DNA of 29,822 nt from an uncultured Thermotogae bacterium (GCA_964596555.1 CAZQUT010000002.1:1-29822); one strand, 5' to 3'; counted from the first letter of the stretch, positions 1-9,500 are shown. Notes: generated by a model not told the origin, from the letters alone. Made by a program: numbers and translations.

Positions 1-164
1 AGATCGGTCAATGCTAGTCGCTCTTTGGCTACACCATCAGAATACAGAAGAGGAAGCAGAGTCTCCACGCCGGGAAGGCCGTAGGGGAGATCGAGGAATG
101 ATCCTTTCCACGTCTTCTGCTCGACGGTAAACGGGCAGTGATCGGTCGCTACGAGATCGAGCGT
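1..164. repeat. Exact 164-bp direct repeat, copy 1 (identical to 24891-25054)
   Basis: Base-by-base comparison: 1-164 equals 24891-25054. The first mismatches are at 165, 168, 171 and 188. Confidence 0.95.
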
Positions 165-1073
165 CCCTTCGCGCAGGGCTTTCCACAACGCATCCTGATC
201 TCTTTCGGTGCGTAGCGGCGGCATCACTGAAAACAGGTGCCCTTCCGGTTTTTTGTATACATCCTCGGTCAAGAGGAGATACTGCGGGCAGGTCTCCCCA
301 CTCACGCGTACCCCATGTGTGTGTGCACGATGGATAATCTCTAACCCTTGTCTGGAACTCACGTGCACGATGTGCAATCTTGCTCTGGTGTCTTCGGTAA
401 GGGTGACGGCCTCCGCGACGGCCAGAGCTTCGCAAATCGGAGGACGGGTTCTCGAATAGTGGGCCATCGATCCTTTCTGAGCCGGAGTAAGCTGCCGCAA
501 GAAAGACTCGATTATCGAATCATCTTCCGCGTGCACCATCGCCACGCCGCCAAACTCGGAAATCTTGCGGAACGCACGATAGAGGACAGCGGAGTCCGAG
601 CGTTGCCCAAGCGATCCATACGCCATGTAGAACTTGAATGTTTTCACCCCGGCTTCTTGTGCTCGCTCGAATTCTTCTTCATGCCCAGGCTCCCAGCCGA
701 TCACCTCCGCGTGCAGGGCAAAATCCACCACCGACGGTGCGGCCTCTCGCTTACGAGCTTCTATCTCTTCGGGAATTGAGGTCTTCGAGTCTCCAACAGT
801 AAAATCGATTATCGTCGTTACCCCACCGCACGCTGCAGCGATCGTCCCGCTGAGAAAGTCATCGCTCGAACTGATTCCGTAGTTCTCAGCAGCCATGTGC
901 GTATGAGCGTCGATAACACCTGGGAATACAAGCTTTCCAGATGCGTCAATTTCTTTCCTGCCACTAAGATTAACGCCCATAGTAGCGATCTTTCCCCCAC
1001 TGACAGCGACATCAGCTTTGACGACCTCGTAGGGAGTAACAATGGTCCCGCCGCGGATCACAACGTCGTTCAT
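1..1073 (-). CDS. hydA: Dihydropyrimidinase / D-hydantoinase (cyclic amidohydrolase), 3'-truncated by the window edge; paralog 2
   Basis: Absent from the ORF track because no stop falls inside the window. Hand translation from the ATG at 1073 (ATGA overlap with the upstream stop) gives MNDVVIRGGTIVTPYEVVKADVAV...PGVIDAHTH...AAACGGVTTIIDF...GVKTFKFYMAY...MVHAED...LHIVHVSS...GETCPQYL...ATDHCPF. The metal-binding HxH, carbamylated Lys (FKFY), His and Asp motifs are all present. Confidence 0.92.
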   Translation of the reverse strand, partial: MNDVVIRGGTIVTPYEVVKADVAVSGGKIATMGVNLSGRKEIDASGKLVFPGVIDAHTHMAAENYGISSSDDFLSGTIAAACGGVTTIIDFTVGDSKTSIPEEIEARKREAAPSVVDFALHAEVIGWEPGHEEEFERAQEAGVKTFKFYMAYGSLGQRSDSAVLYRAFRKISEFGGVAMVHAEDDSIIESFLRQLTPAQKGSMAHYSRTRPPICEALAVAEAVTLTEDTRARLHIVHVSSRQGLEIIHRAHTHGVRVSGETCPQYLLLTEDVYKKPEGHLFSVMPPLRTERDQDALWKALREGTLDLVATDHCPFTVEQKTWKGSFLDLPYGLPGVETLLPLLYSDGVAKERLALTD

Positions 1074-2179
1074 ATGTCCACCCTCTCTACCACAAGCTGC
1101 AGAGCTTCGTGCGGGCAAGCGGAGGCGCACAGCCCACACAACCGGCAGGCCGACGAATCAACTTGCCGGGGACTTCTCCGTGCCTGGTACGGACAGATCC
1201 GTACGCACACCCCGCAATCTACGCAGCGCTCTTCATTTAGCCCAAATGACGCTCTCTCTGCATCGGTTGTTGTGGGTAGGCCGGAGTCGCTCCGCTCATA
1301 CCCCCGCAATGAGGGAAGCGCCGCCCCGATCACGTCGTTCAGGCTACAATAGCCAAGTTCCTCCAATCGAGCAGAGAGCTTTTCCGCAAGATCGGAGAAG
1401 ATCGTAACTCCGCGCAGGATAGCTAAGCTGCAGATCCCAACGGCGTGTGCACCGGCCATCATCATCTCGACGATCTCATCGACGTTCCAAATCCCGCCGG
1501 TGCCGACAATGGGGGCTCCCGTAGCAAGGGCAATCTCGGATACGATCCGCAGGGCGATAGGTAGGATCGCCTCTCCGGTCAGCCATCCGTATCCACTTCT
1601 AAGAACTGGAGCGCACTTCTCCACATCGATCCGCAACGCCGGCCCGATCGAATCGATCGCCGTGATCGCCTCTGCCCCGTTTGCCAGGCACGCACGTGCG
1701 ACATCGACCACATCGGGCCAGTTAGCGCTCACCTTGGCGAAGACCGGTATATCGACCTGCTGGACCGCTTCCCTAACCATAGGCAACAGAGCCTTGCCGT
1801 CGTAGGAGACGACCTCAAGTGCATCAGCGCCAGCACGCTCGATGCGATGGGCGAGCACAGCGACGTCCTGCAAAGCGAGGCCCAGACTGGCAATGACGAC
1901 CGCTCCACCCTCCTCAGCAAGCGGTATCTCCCTCTCAATCCATTGCTCGCAAGGTAGATCAGACCACTTTTCACCATTGATGAGACCGTTTTCCACCTTG
2001 GCAATGTGGGGGACAGGATTAACAGCAGGCACTCGACTAATTGTCTTAGTCACCACTGCCCCGGCTCCGGCACGATGGGCACGGAGGATCGCGCTGCCGT
2101 CGTAGGAGAGCGGACCGGATGCAAGAATAAACGGATTCTTGAGTTTAACTCCACCGATAGTTGTCTTGAGCTCTGCCAT
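1070..2179 (-). CDS. PreA / class 1 dihydroorotate dehydrogenase-like FMN TIM-barrel protein with a C-terminal 2x[4Fe-4S] ferredoxin domain; atypical active site
   Basis: N-terminal LKNPFILASGPLS, GAVVTKT, VFAKVSAN and IVGTGGI FMN-barrel motifs. C-terminal CVDCGVCVRICP and CRLCGLCASACP. The usual LNxSCPN/H loop is replaced by LEVVSYDG. Confidence 0.8.
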   Translation of the reverse strand: MAELKTTIGGVKLKNPFILASGPLSYDGSAILRAHRAGAGAVVTKTISRVPAVNPVPHIAKVENGLINGEKWSDLPCEQWIEREIPLAEEGGAVVIASLGLALQDVAVLAHRIERAGADALEVVSYDGKALLPMVREAVQQVDIPVFAKVSANWPDVVDVARACLANGAEAITAIDSIGPALRIDVEKCAPVLRSGYGWLTGEAILPIALRIVSEIALATGAPIVGTGGIWNVDEIVEMMMAGAHAVGICSLAILRGVTIFSDLAEKLSARLEELGYCSLNDVIGAALPSLRGYERSDSGLPTTTDAERASFGLNEERCVDCGVCVRICPYQARRSPRQVDSSACRLCGLCASACPHEALQLVVERVDI

Positions 2180-2182
2180 CTC

Positions 2183-3502
2183 TCACCCCACTCCCCACAG
2201 CCGCTGAGCCTGTGTTCTTGCTGCATGTCTCGCCTCTTCGATGTCCACGGTCAACAGCTCACCGTCGTTCATGAGAAGCCTTCCGTTCACGATCGACAGA
2301 CGAACGTCGCTGCCGCTACGGTAGAGAACTACCTGATCGAGAGCATTCTCTTGAGTAAGAGGTGTATCAAGAGACAAATCAATTCCGATCAAGTCAGCGA
2401 GCATTCCCGGGGCGATCTTCCCTGTATTTTGGATGCCAATCGCCTCCGCTCCCCAGGATGTACCCATAGCAAAGACCGTCTTTGCTGGCATCACTTGTGG
2501 GTCGCACAACGCGCCCTTATGAATCAGGAACGCCGCGCGCATCACCTCGAATGGATCGTTGATGTAGCCATCCGTACCTAGCCCCGGTCGCATCCCGCGT
2601 GAGATCATATCCGGAACCAGTGCGATCCCTCCTCCCACTTCGCAGTTGCTTAAGGGCATGTGCGCAAGCCGCACTCCACGCGCGGCAAGGATATCGATCT
2701 CTTCTAAGTCAAGCGCCACCCCTTGAGCCGCAAGGACTGAACCATCCCAGAACCCGACCTGAGCGTACCACTGCACCGGCCGAAGACCATGTTTCTGGAG
2801 GCATACCTCCGGTTCATACGGACTTTCTGAGAGATGGAGATGAATTCCGCATCCAAGTTCATCGGCGATCTCCTTGGCATGCCTGACGAACCCCTCCGAG
2901 CAGGTGAAGCTCGTGTGGACACACATCATTCCACTAACGAGTGGATCGGCCACGTGCCTTTCGGCAAATCGCGCGTTCTCCGTGATCGCCTTTTCTCCCA
3001 GTTCTCTTCCCAGCCTCTCCGACGCCTCGATTGACAGGACTGCTCTAAGGCCTGCATCTATTAGAACCTTCGCTTCCACTTCGAGCGCCCCAGGGAGGCA
3101 GTTTGGCGCCTCCAAAATGTCGCAGAAACTGGTGAACCCGGACTGAATCATCCTCCCACACGCTAGTCGAGACACGGCAGAGATCATCTCGTGGTCAAGT
3201 CGATTCTCTACCCGCGGCCACCAGAAGTCGCTTAGAAATTCATAGAAGCCCACTGATGACGCATCGACCGGAATACCGTGAGCAAGGAGGCCGTAGGAGT
3301 GCATGTGTGCATTCACAAACCCGGGCATGAGGAGAAGATCGGTCGCATCGATCACCTCAGCATCAAGATGTGCGGCACGCAGCTCATCGTTCGGACCGAC
3401 TGCAGTGATCATTGCCCCATCGATCGCAGCCCCCCAATCCTCTTTCAATGGTTCTTCAGCAGAGGAAAGGAGCGCTCCGCCGAGAACGAGACGTTCAGCC
3501 AT
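2183..3502 (-). CDS. Metal-dependent amidohydrolase/deaminase (Atz/Trz/SsnA-like)
   Basis: PGFVNAHMH, HLSES and LGTDG motifs. The FLSDFWWPRVENRLD segment resembles SsnA-type proteins. Substrate unknown. Confidence 0.82.
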   Translation of the reverse strand: MAERLVLGGALLSSAEEPLKEDWGAAIDGAMITAVGPNDELRAAHLDAEVIDATDLLLMPGFVNAHMHSYGLLAHGIPVDASSVGFYEFLSDFWWPRVENRLDHEMISAVSRLACGRMIQSGFTSFCDILEAPNCLPGALEVEAKVLIDAGLRAVLSIEASERLGRELGEKAITENARFAERHVADPLVSGMMCVHTSFTCSEGFVRHAKEIADELGCGIHLHLSESPYEPEVCLQKHGLRPVQWYAQVGFWDGSVLAAQGVALDLEEIDILAARGVRLAHMPLSNCEVGGGIALVPDMISRGMRPGLGTDGYINDPFEVMRAAFLIHKGALCDPQVMPAKTVFAMGTSWGAEAIGIQNTGKIAPGMLADLIGIDLSLDTPLTQENALDQVVLYRSGSDVRLSIVNGRLLMNDGELLTVDIEEARHAARTQAQRLWGVG

Positions 3503-5405
3503 CCTCTAACCCCTTCAGCCGCTTGGCCACCTGAGAGAGACTAAGCCTTTCCAAGGTCTTCGTCGTCGGCCAACCGCGCTTCTTATCCCAGCCACGCAAG
3601 TCGTAGTATTCATCGAGCATATCTTCCGCATGAGCAATCTCTCCCTTTGCTCCAGCAGAGGGAGAGGGCTCCTCGGTGAACCGGCGCGGGAGGCGATCAT
3701 CCGACCGCGTGATCCCGTGGATCGCGTTGTAGGCACGCATCAGGTTGTATATCCGCTCCCCGATTGTCTTGAGATTGCCTCCGGTAAATTCGATCCCCGT
3801 AGCGTAGGTCAGCCCCTGCGCGATCTCCGGCCAGTAGATCTCGGCCATGACAAACGTGCCGCCAGACTTGCATACGCCCACAGAATCGACCACCGCGCCG
3901 AAATCCTCTCCGTCCTTCACCAGGAATGGCTTGTACTTTGTTGCGTGCGGATCGGCCATTTCAGGCAGATACTCTTTCCCGTAGCGACGTTCCACTTCTT
4001 TAGGATAGCCTGTCTCATCGATCGTAGGGAAGGCCTTGAGGTGGTCGGCTCCGCGGCTCGATGTGATGTGCGCAAGGCCCATGGACTGCTGTGCTCGCCC
4101 ATCCTGAGCCGGAATCTCCTGCCCCTTGACCTCCATCGCGTAGTATTCCGCTCCGTGCCCAATCTGAGCTGCAGCAACACGTACCCCGTCTGCAAGGAGT
4201 GCTCCCAATCCTTCACGGTTGGCGATCTGCTCGATCAGCTCAAGGACCACGTGGTAGTTGCCCCATTCCAGGGGCATTCCGCCGGTCTCCTTCTTCGTCA
4301 GGATCCCTTTCTCGTACAGTTCCATGGCAAAGGAGATCGACCGACCGGTGGAGATTGTATCGAGCCCCAACCTATCGCAGCGGTCGTTCGCCGCGATGAT
4401 CGCATCCAGCCTGCTGACACCGACCCCCGATCCCAACGAACTCAGTGTCTCGTATTCGAAGCTCGATGTAACAGTCCCAGCGAACTCTCCTTCGCTCACC
4501 CGATAGATGTTGTCGCAGCGAATCGGGCACGCGAAGCACCCATCGTTCTTGACCCAGTACTTGTCATGGAGGGTGTCACCCCCGATCTTCTCAGCAAGGG
4601 CAAAATCCCCCGCTTGGAAGTTGTTGGTGGGAAAGCGACCAATCTCGTTCATGATCATCACCAATCCGGAGGTACCGTAGCGAGCAAGGGCAGGATAGAA
4701 CTCGTTCTTTCTGATCCGCTCATGCATAGCGCGAGAAAGACGGCCAAATTCCGCGGGGTGTGCGATTGGAACCTTTCCCTTTCCTCGTACTGCAATCGCT
4801 TTGAGCTTCTTTGATCCCATCACCGTCCCAATCCCGCTGCGTGCAAGGCTTCGGTTGGGGGTCACTTGAATAGAGGCATAGCGGACCCCGTTCTCCCCGG
4901 CAGGACCGATGCACGCAACCTTAATCCGCTCATCACCTTTCTGTTCTCTGATAGCTGCTTCAGTCTCGATCGTATCCATCCCCCACAAACTGCTGGCATC
5001 TTCTAGGGTAGCTTTCTCCTGCCCAATCCACAGCGTGACCGGCCGATCGGCAGCGCCAGTGATAACCAGCATGTCGTATCCGGCGAACTTCAGCTCCGGT
5101 CCGAAGTATCCGCCACAGTTCGAATCGCCATAGATTCCGGTAAGCGGAGACTTGCTGATCGCCTCCATCCGTCCGCAGGTCGGCCAAGCCGTGCCCACAA
5201 GCGGACCGGTGGCAATAACCAACACATTCTCCGGTGATAGCGGATTGACCGAAGGAGAGACTTCATCCCAGAGAATCTTGACGCCAAATCCGTTCCCACC
5301 CAGGAATGCGCGGGCCATCTCCGATGTAACCTCGTGCTCTTCGATCGTTCTCTCACTGAGGTCCACCCGTAGGTACCTTCCCATATAACCGCCACCTATC
5401 TGCAT
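3495..5405 (-). CDS. aor: Aldehyde:ferredoxin oxidoreductase family protein (tungstopterin, AOR/WOR), copy 2
   Basis: RVDLS, FLGGNG, KSPLTG, ACIGPAGE, RSGIGTVMGSKKLKAI, CFACPIRC, EYET, GLDTIS, KGQEIP, SSRGADH, DSVGVC. Confidence 0.93.
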   Translation of the reverse strand: MQIGGGYMGRYLRVDLSERTIEEHEVTSEMARAFLGGNGFGVKILWDEVSPSVNPLSPENVLVIATGPLVGTAWPTCGRMEAISKSPLTGIYGDSNCGGYFGPELKFAGYDMLVITGAADRPVTLWIGQEKATLEDASSLWGMDTIETEAAIREQKGDERIKVACIGPAGENGVRYASIQVTPNRSLARSGIGTVMGSKKLKAIAVRGKGKVPIAHPAEFGRLSRAMHERIRKNEFYPALARYGTSGLVMIMNEIGRFPTNNFQAGDFALAEKIGGDTLHDKYWVKNDGCFACPIRCDNIYRVSEGEFAGTVTSSFEYETLSSLGSGVGVSRLDAIIAANDRCDRLGLDTISTGRSISFAMELYEKGILTKKETGGMPLEWGNYHVVLELIEQIANREGLGALLADGVRVAAAQIGHGAEYYAMEVKGQEIPAQDGRAQQSMGLAHITSSRGADHLKAFPTIDETGYPKEVERRYGKEYLPEMADPHATKYKPFLVKDGEDFGAVVDSVGVCKSGGTFVMAEIYWPEIAQGLTYATGIEFTGGNLKTIGERIYNLMRAYNAIHGITRSDDRLPRRFTEEPSPSAGAKGEIAHAEDMLDEYYDLRGWDKKRGWPTTKTLERLSLSQVAKRLKGLEDG

Positions 5406-7255
5406 CGTCCCTCCTGGACTAGTCCGTCAAGGCCAAGCTCACGCAGCTTCTCATCGGTGGGAATACCATTCTCATCCCATCCGCGTAGCAGGTAGTACCG
5501 TTTCAACATCGCATCGAAGTCATTGATCTTGTGCATGATGGTAATCCTGCCGTGCTTAACAGGGAGGGATTCGTCAGTGAATCTGGAGGGAAGTCGATCG
5601 TCCCTTGCCGACAGGCCGAGACGCACATTGTACATCCGTTCCAGATTAATGATCCGTTCCCCAATTTGCAAGAGCTCATCTGCTTTGATCTTCCACCCAA
5701 GGGCGCTGATTCCCCATGCCAAGTCCTCAGGGTAAAGCTGATAATTCTCCACGGTGCTGAACTTGCAGACCCCTAAGGAATCAGCAATCGCACAGTACCG
5801 CTCGCTGAATTCGACAAGGTCGGGCTTATAACGCTCGTTGTCCGTATCCAACAGATCGGGCATGGTGTCTGGAAGGAGATCATTTCCCACTTGTTCGAGG
5901 TGTGCCACATCGATCGTTGGGAGGGCGTACAGATGATCAGCGCCACGGTTAGAGGTAGCATGCCCCAAGCCAAAGCCCTTGGCCACACGCGGCTCCTGGG
6001 ACGGAATCTCCAGGCCTTTCACCTGCATCGCATACCGGTACGCTTCACCCCCGATCTCCACGGCCGCACGTCGCGTCCCCTGTGCTAGAAGTGCCCCTAG
6101 GCCTTCCCGCTTTGCAATCTGGTTGATCAGAGTGACAATTGTCTCGCCGTTTCCCCACGAGAGATCCAATTCATCGCTGTGCAGCAACCCCTTCTCATGG
6201 CACTCCATGGCGAACGCTATCGCGGCACCAGTGGAGAGCGTGTCCATCCCTAGCTCGTTGCATAGGAAATTTGCGTAGATAATAACCTGCGGGTCACTGC
6301 AGTAACACTTGCCTCCAAACGCGTCGATCGTCTCGTATTCCGGTCCAGCGGTGCGACAGCGGTACTTCCCTTCATCGATCCTGGACACACGCGCACACCG
6401 AATTGGGCAGCCAAGACAGCCTTCAGTCTTCTCCTTAAAACGCTCAAGCGCCTCGGCGTTGATTCGATCGACAAACGGGACTTGCCCCAACTGCATGTTC
6501 TTCGTAGGCAGATCACCCACATCGTTCTTGATGTTAACAAGGATCGGTGTGCCCCATCTGTGGTACTCAGCCGTTGCCGGACTGGCAAGGATTTTCTTGG
6601 TAGCAGCACGAACCTGATCGAGGAATTCCTTTGGAGACAGTTGCGGTCTGTTCCGAATGACTACCACTGCCTTCAGATTCTTGGCCCCGAATACTGTCCC
6701 TCCCCCTGTCCGTGCTGCCGCTCGTCCTCCGTCGTTCATCACACTGGCAAAGAGGACACCGTTCTCTCCCGCCGGCCCGATGCTTGCCACAGCGGCATCT
6801 GGGTACTTCGCGTGCAGGAGCGCTTCTGTTTCTCCTGTGGTCTTGCCCCTCAGTTCGTCAGCAAACTCAATTCGAATACTGAGCTTGTCAATCACGAGAT
6901 ACACCGGCCTTTCCGCCTGACCTTGAATCACTACTGCATCGAAGCCACAGGCCGCCAGATATGGCCCCAGTTTCCCTCCGGCATTGGCATACCCATAGAT
7001 CCCGGTGAGAGGAGAGCGAAAGGTGAGGTGATAACGGGACGCCGCAGGCCACGGTGTTCCGGAAAAGAGGCCAGAGGAGATGATGACGGCACTCTCTTGA
7101 CTCTCAGGCTCAACCTCTTTCCCGACCAGATCGTACAAGATACTGGCAGCGTAACCTCGCCCGCCTAAGTAGGACCCTATTGCCTCTATCGGCGTGTCCA
7201 CGAGCTCAATCGCGTACGCCGATAGATCAACATAACCAGTCTTGCGCGTGTTCAT
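5396..7255 (-). CDS. aor: Aldehyde:ferredoxin oxidoreductase family protein (tungstopterin, AOR/WOR), copy 1
   Basis: YLGGRG, RSPLTG, ASIGPAGE, RTGGGTVFGAKNLKAV, CLGCPIRC, GPEYET, GMDTLS, KGLEIP, SNRGADH, DSLGVCKF. Confidence 0.93.
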   Translation of the reverse strand: MNTRKTGYVDLSAYAIELVDTPIEAIGSYLGGRGYAASILYDLVGKEVEPESQESAVIISSGLFSGTPWPAASRYHLTFRSPLTGIYGYANAGGKLGPYLAACGFDAVVIQGQAERPVYLVIDKLSIRIEFADELRGKTTGETEALLHAKYPDAAVASIGPAGENGVLFASVMNDGGRAAARTGGGTVFGAKNLKAVVVIRNRPQLSPKEFLDQVRAATKKILASPATAEYHRWGTPILVNIKNDVGDLPTKNMQLGQVPFVDRINAEALERFKEKTEGCLGCPIRCARVSRIDEGKYRCRTAGPEYETIDAFGGKCYCSDPQVIIYANFLCNELGMDTLSTGAAIAFAMECHEKGLLHSDELDLSWGNGETIVTLINQIAKREGLGALLAQGTRRAAVEIGGEAYRYAMQVKGLEIPSQEPRVAKGFGLGHATSNRGADHLYALPTIDVAHLEQVGNDLLPDTMPDLLDTDNERYKPDLVEFSERYCAIADSLGVCKFSTVENYQLYPEDLAWGISALGWKIKADELLQIGERIINLERMYNVRLGLSARDDRLPSRFTDESLPVKHGRITIMHKINDFDAMLKRYYLLRGWDENGIPTDEKLRELGLDGLVQEGRCR

Positions 7256-7256
7256 C

Positions 7257-8192
7257 TCATCTCTTCTCGCTCGTCAATTTGAACTTCTCAACCTCTGCCA
7301 GCGTAGGGAGTGAGGGCTGCGCTCCTCTGATGGTGGTGGCCAACGCACCGACCGCATTTGCCCATCGGATCGCATCCGACAGGCAGCAATCGTCCAGCGC
7401 CCATCCCAGGGCACCGTTAAACGCATCTCCAGCAGCAGTAGTATCAATCGGAGCAACGCCAAACGCAGGGAACTGACGCGTGCCATCGCGTTTAAACAAG
7501 TACGCTCCTTGGTCACCCGCCTTGCAGACTACGTGCCTCACACCGAGATCCAACAGCTTGTGCGCTGCTGCCTCTAGATCGTGTTCACCGGTCACAGCAA
7601 ACAATTCCCCCTTGTTTGGCGTCAGAAAATCAACTCGCTCAAGAAAGACGGACGAGAGGTCCTGCGCCGGAGCTGGGTCGAGGATCACCCGAGGATGTGT
7701 CGATGGTAATCGTCGCAATAGGTGATCGATCGTTTCCAGTGGAATCTCAAGCTGAAGAAGAAGCACGTCCGATCTTGCAATCGTTGGAAGCACCCGGTCT
7801 ATATAAGCGGTATCTACACGGGCATTCGCACCCGGGGTATAAGCAATGACGTTCTCACCATCCTCACTCACCCAGATGCTGGCAATCCCCGTGGACTGCC
7901 CCTCCTCTCGCTCGACCGCACTAACATCGATGCCGTTTTCCGCAAGGCTGTTCAAGAGTTCCTCCGCAAAGGGATCGACGCCGATCTTCCCATAGAAGGA
8001 GACCTGAGCCCCAAGGCGAGCTGCAGCCACAGCCTGGTTCGCCCCCTTTCCACCCGGGTAGCGGTCGAATCTATGACCGAGAACGGTCTCCCCTGGTTGA
8101 GGAAGGTGCGGGACCTCGGTGACGAGATCCATGTTGATGCTCCCCAATACACTGATCACTTGTCCAGATTCACCTCTCTTCTGTAAACTCAT
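7257..8192 (-). CDS. rbsK: Ribokinase (PfkB family)
   Basis: GSINMDLV, PGGKGANQAVAAARLG, LLQLEIP, LTPNKGE and the DTTAAGDAFNGAL signature. Confidence 0.88.
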   Translation of the reverse strand: MSLQKRGESGQVISVLGSINMDLVTEVPHLPQPGETVLGHRFDRYPGGKGANQAVAAARLGAQVSFYGKIGVDPFAEELLNSLAENGIDVSAVEREEGQSTGIASIWVSEDGENVIAYTPGANARVDTAYIDRVLPTIARSDVLLLQLEIPLETIDHLLRRLPSTHPRVILDPAPAQDLSSVFLERVDFLTPNKGELFAVTGEHDLEAAAHKLLDLGVRHVVCKAGDQGAYLFKRDGTRQFPAFGVAPIDTTAAGDAFNGALGWALDDCCLSDAIRWANAVGALATTIRGAQPSLPTLAEVEKFKLTSEKR

Positions 8193-9493
8193 GCGCTACG
8201 GATGATCGGCCCGACAATTTGCTTTCCCCGCTCTGCTGTCCATTGACTCAGTTTTGCGAAGCTCATCTTCTCAAACCCGATCACGTAACTTTCGAACTCC
8301 TGCCCGACAGGGCCCTTCCATTTATCAGGAATGCGCTCGTATCCAAGGATGGTGCCGAGAAGGCCACCAACTTGTCCGGTCGAGCAGTCTGTGTCAAATC
8401 CACACATGAGTGTAGTTGTGAGAGACTTCTCGAAATCCCCCTCTCCCAATAACAGGCCCGTGACTACAGTGGCGATGTTGGGAAAAGTGTGTATCCAGTG
8501 GTAATGGCCCAGCTCCTGCTGGATCTTTGCCAGCACGCCCTTCCAGTCTCCTATCTTGTTGCACCACCTGATAGTCCGTTCGACCACCTCGCTAAAACGA
8601 CTCTCTGGCGGAACGAACGCCAACGCCAGCCGCAGGATATCCTCGATCGACCGGTCGGAGAAGGCAATGCTGATAAGGGCGGCACAGAAGACCTCACCGT
8701 AGATCCCCTCTCGTCGATGCGAGATGATCGCATCGCGAAAGGCGAGCTCTGCGGCAAGATCGGGGCGAAACGGTGTCAGCAATCCATGTATCTCGCCGCG
8801 CATCTGTGCGCCAATCCACTCACTGCACGGATTTCGAAATCGCCCGCTCTCTGGCGGCATGATCCCTGCTTTGACGTTCTCCAATGCGCTCATCTCCGCA
8901 GTGAACGCATATGGCAGGTGCTCCACCCACTCCAGAGCTAGCTGCTCGCTAGTAAACGAAGAACCGTACTCATCAAGCACATGGAGCACAAGGATCGGGT
9001 AGGCCGTATCGTCATTCTCCACCTTAGGCGGGACGAGGTAGCTATTAACCGTCCCATAGCGGGAACGGATCATCTCACTTGTCCAGCCTTCCACCGGGTC
9101 ACCCAGTGCCGTGCCGATGCACTTCCCCACCCATCCTCCTTTTACTCGATCGAGATACTCCGAATCGGTGATCATACCGGGAATCCCTTTCGGAGGTTGA
9201 GGGAGCAAAGCAGCCATTTCGCTGAAAGTCGTGGGTCCGATGTTCTTGCCAGCTTCCAGCGCAAGGTGGATCTCCTTGTTAATACGAGAGATCCTGACAA
9301 GAAGCTTGTCCCAATTGCCATCCGTATAGCATTTCTCAGCGTGTTGGAGAAGCTTAAGGGCAGCATCCATGTTGTATCCCTGATTGATCATCGCTTGCAC
9401 AGCGGCACGCATGGGGTAGATCTTCACTCCGGAGAGGCTTGTCGTCTCCCACATGTTTGCCGCGTCCTCACGTCGCTTCTTCAATCGATCCAT
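8189..9493 (-). CDS. ADP-ribosylglycohydrolase (ARH/DraG) family protein with an N-terminal extension
   Basis: GGWVGKCIGTALGDPVEG, ENDDTAY and GFDTDCSTGQVG Mg-binding motifs. Start placed at the ATG at 9493 (GAGGT 4 nt upstream); the track start at 9544 overlaps the upstream gene. Confidence 0.85.
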   Translation of the reverse strand: MDRLKKRREDAANMWETTSLSGVKIYPMRAAVQAMINQGYNMDAALKLLQHAEKCYTDGNWDKLLVRISRINKEIHLALEAGKNIGPTTFSEMAALLPQPPKGIPGMITDSEYLDRVKGGWVGKCIGTALGDPVEGWTSEMIRSRYGTVNSYLVPPKVENDDTAYPILVLHVLDEYGSSFTSEQLALEWVEHLPYAFTAEMSALENVKAGIMPPESGRFRNPCSEWIGAQMRGEIHGLLTPFRPDLAAELAFRDAIISHRREGIYGEVFCAALISIAFSDRSIEDILRLALAFVPPESRFSEVVERTIRWCNKIGDWKGVLAKIQQELGHYHWIHTFPNIATVVTGLLLGEGDFEKSLTTTLMCGFDTDCSTGQVGGLLGTILGYERIPDKWKGPVGQEFESYVIGFEKMSFAKLSQWTAERGKQIVGPIIRSA

Positions 9494-9500
9494 GTATACC

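Noticed and set aside
1070-2179. Calling this gene pyrD or preA outright
   Set aside because: The catalytic Cys loop is not present and no PyrK/PreT partner is seen, so no symbol was assigned.
3630-4814. 394-aa plus-strand ORF (also 9453-10718, 6482-7168, 26238-26903 and many shorter track ORFs)
   Set aside because: These lie antisense to, or out of frame within, genes with clear family motifs, and have no recognisable motifs or SD. They are shadow ORFs.
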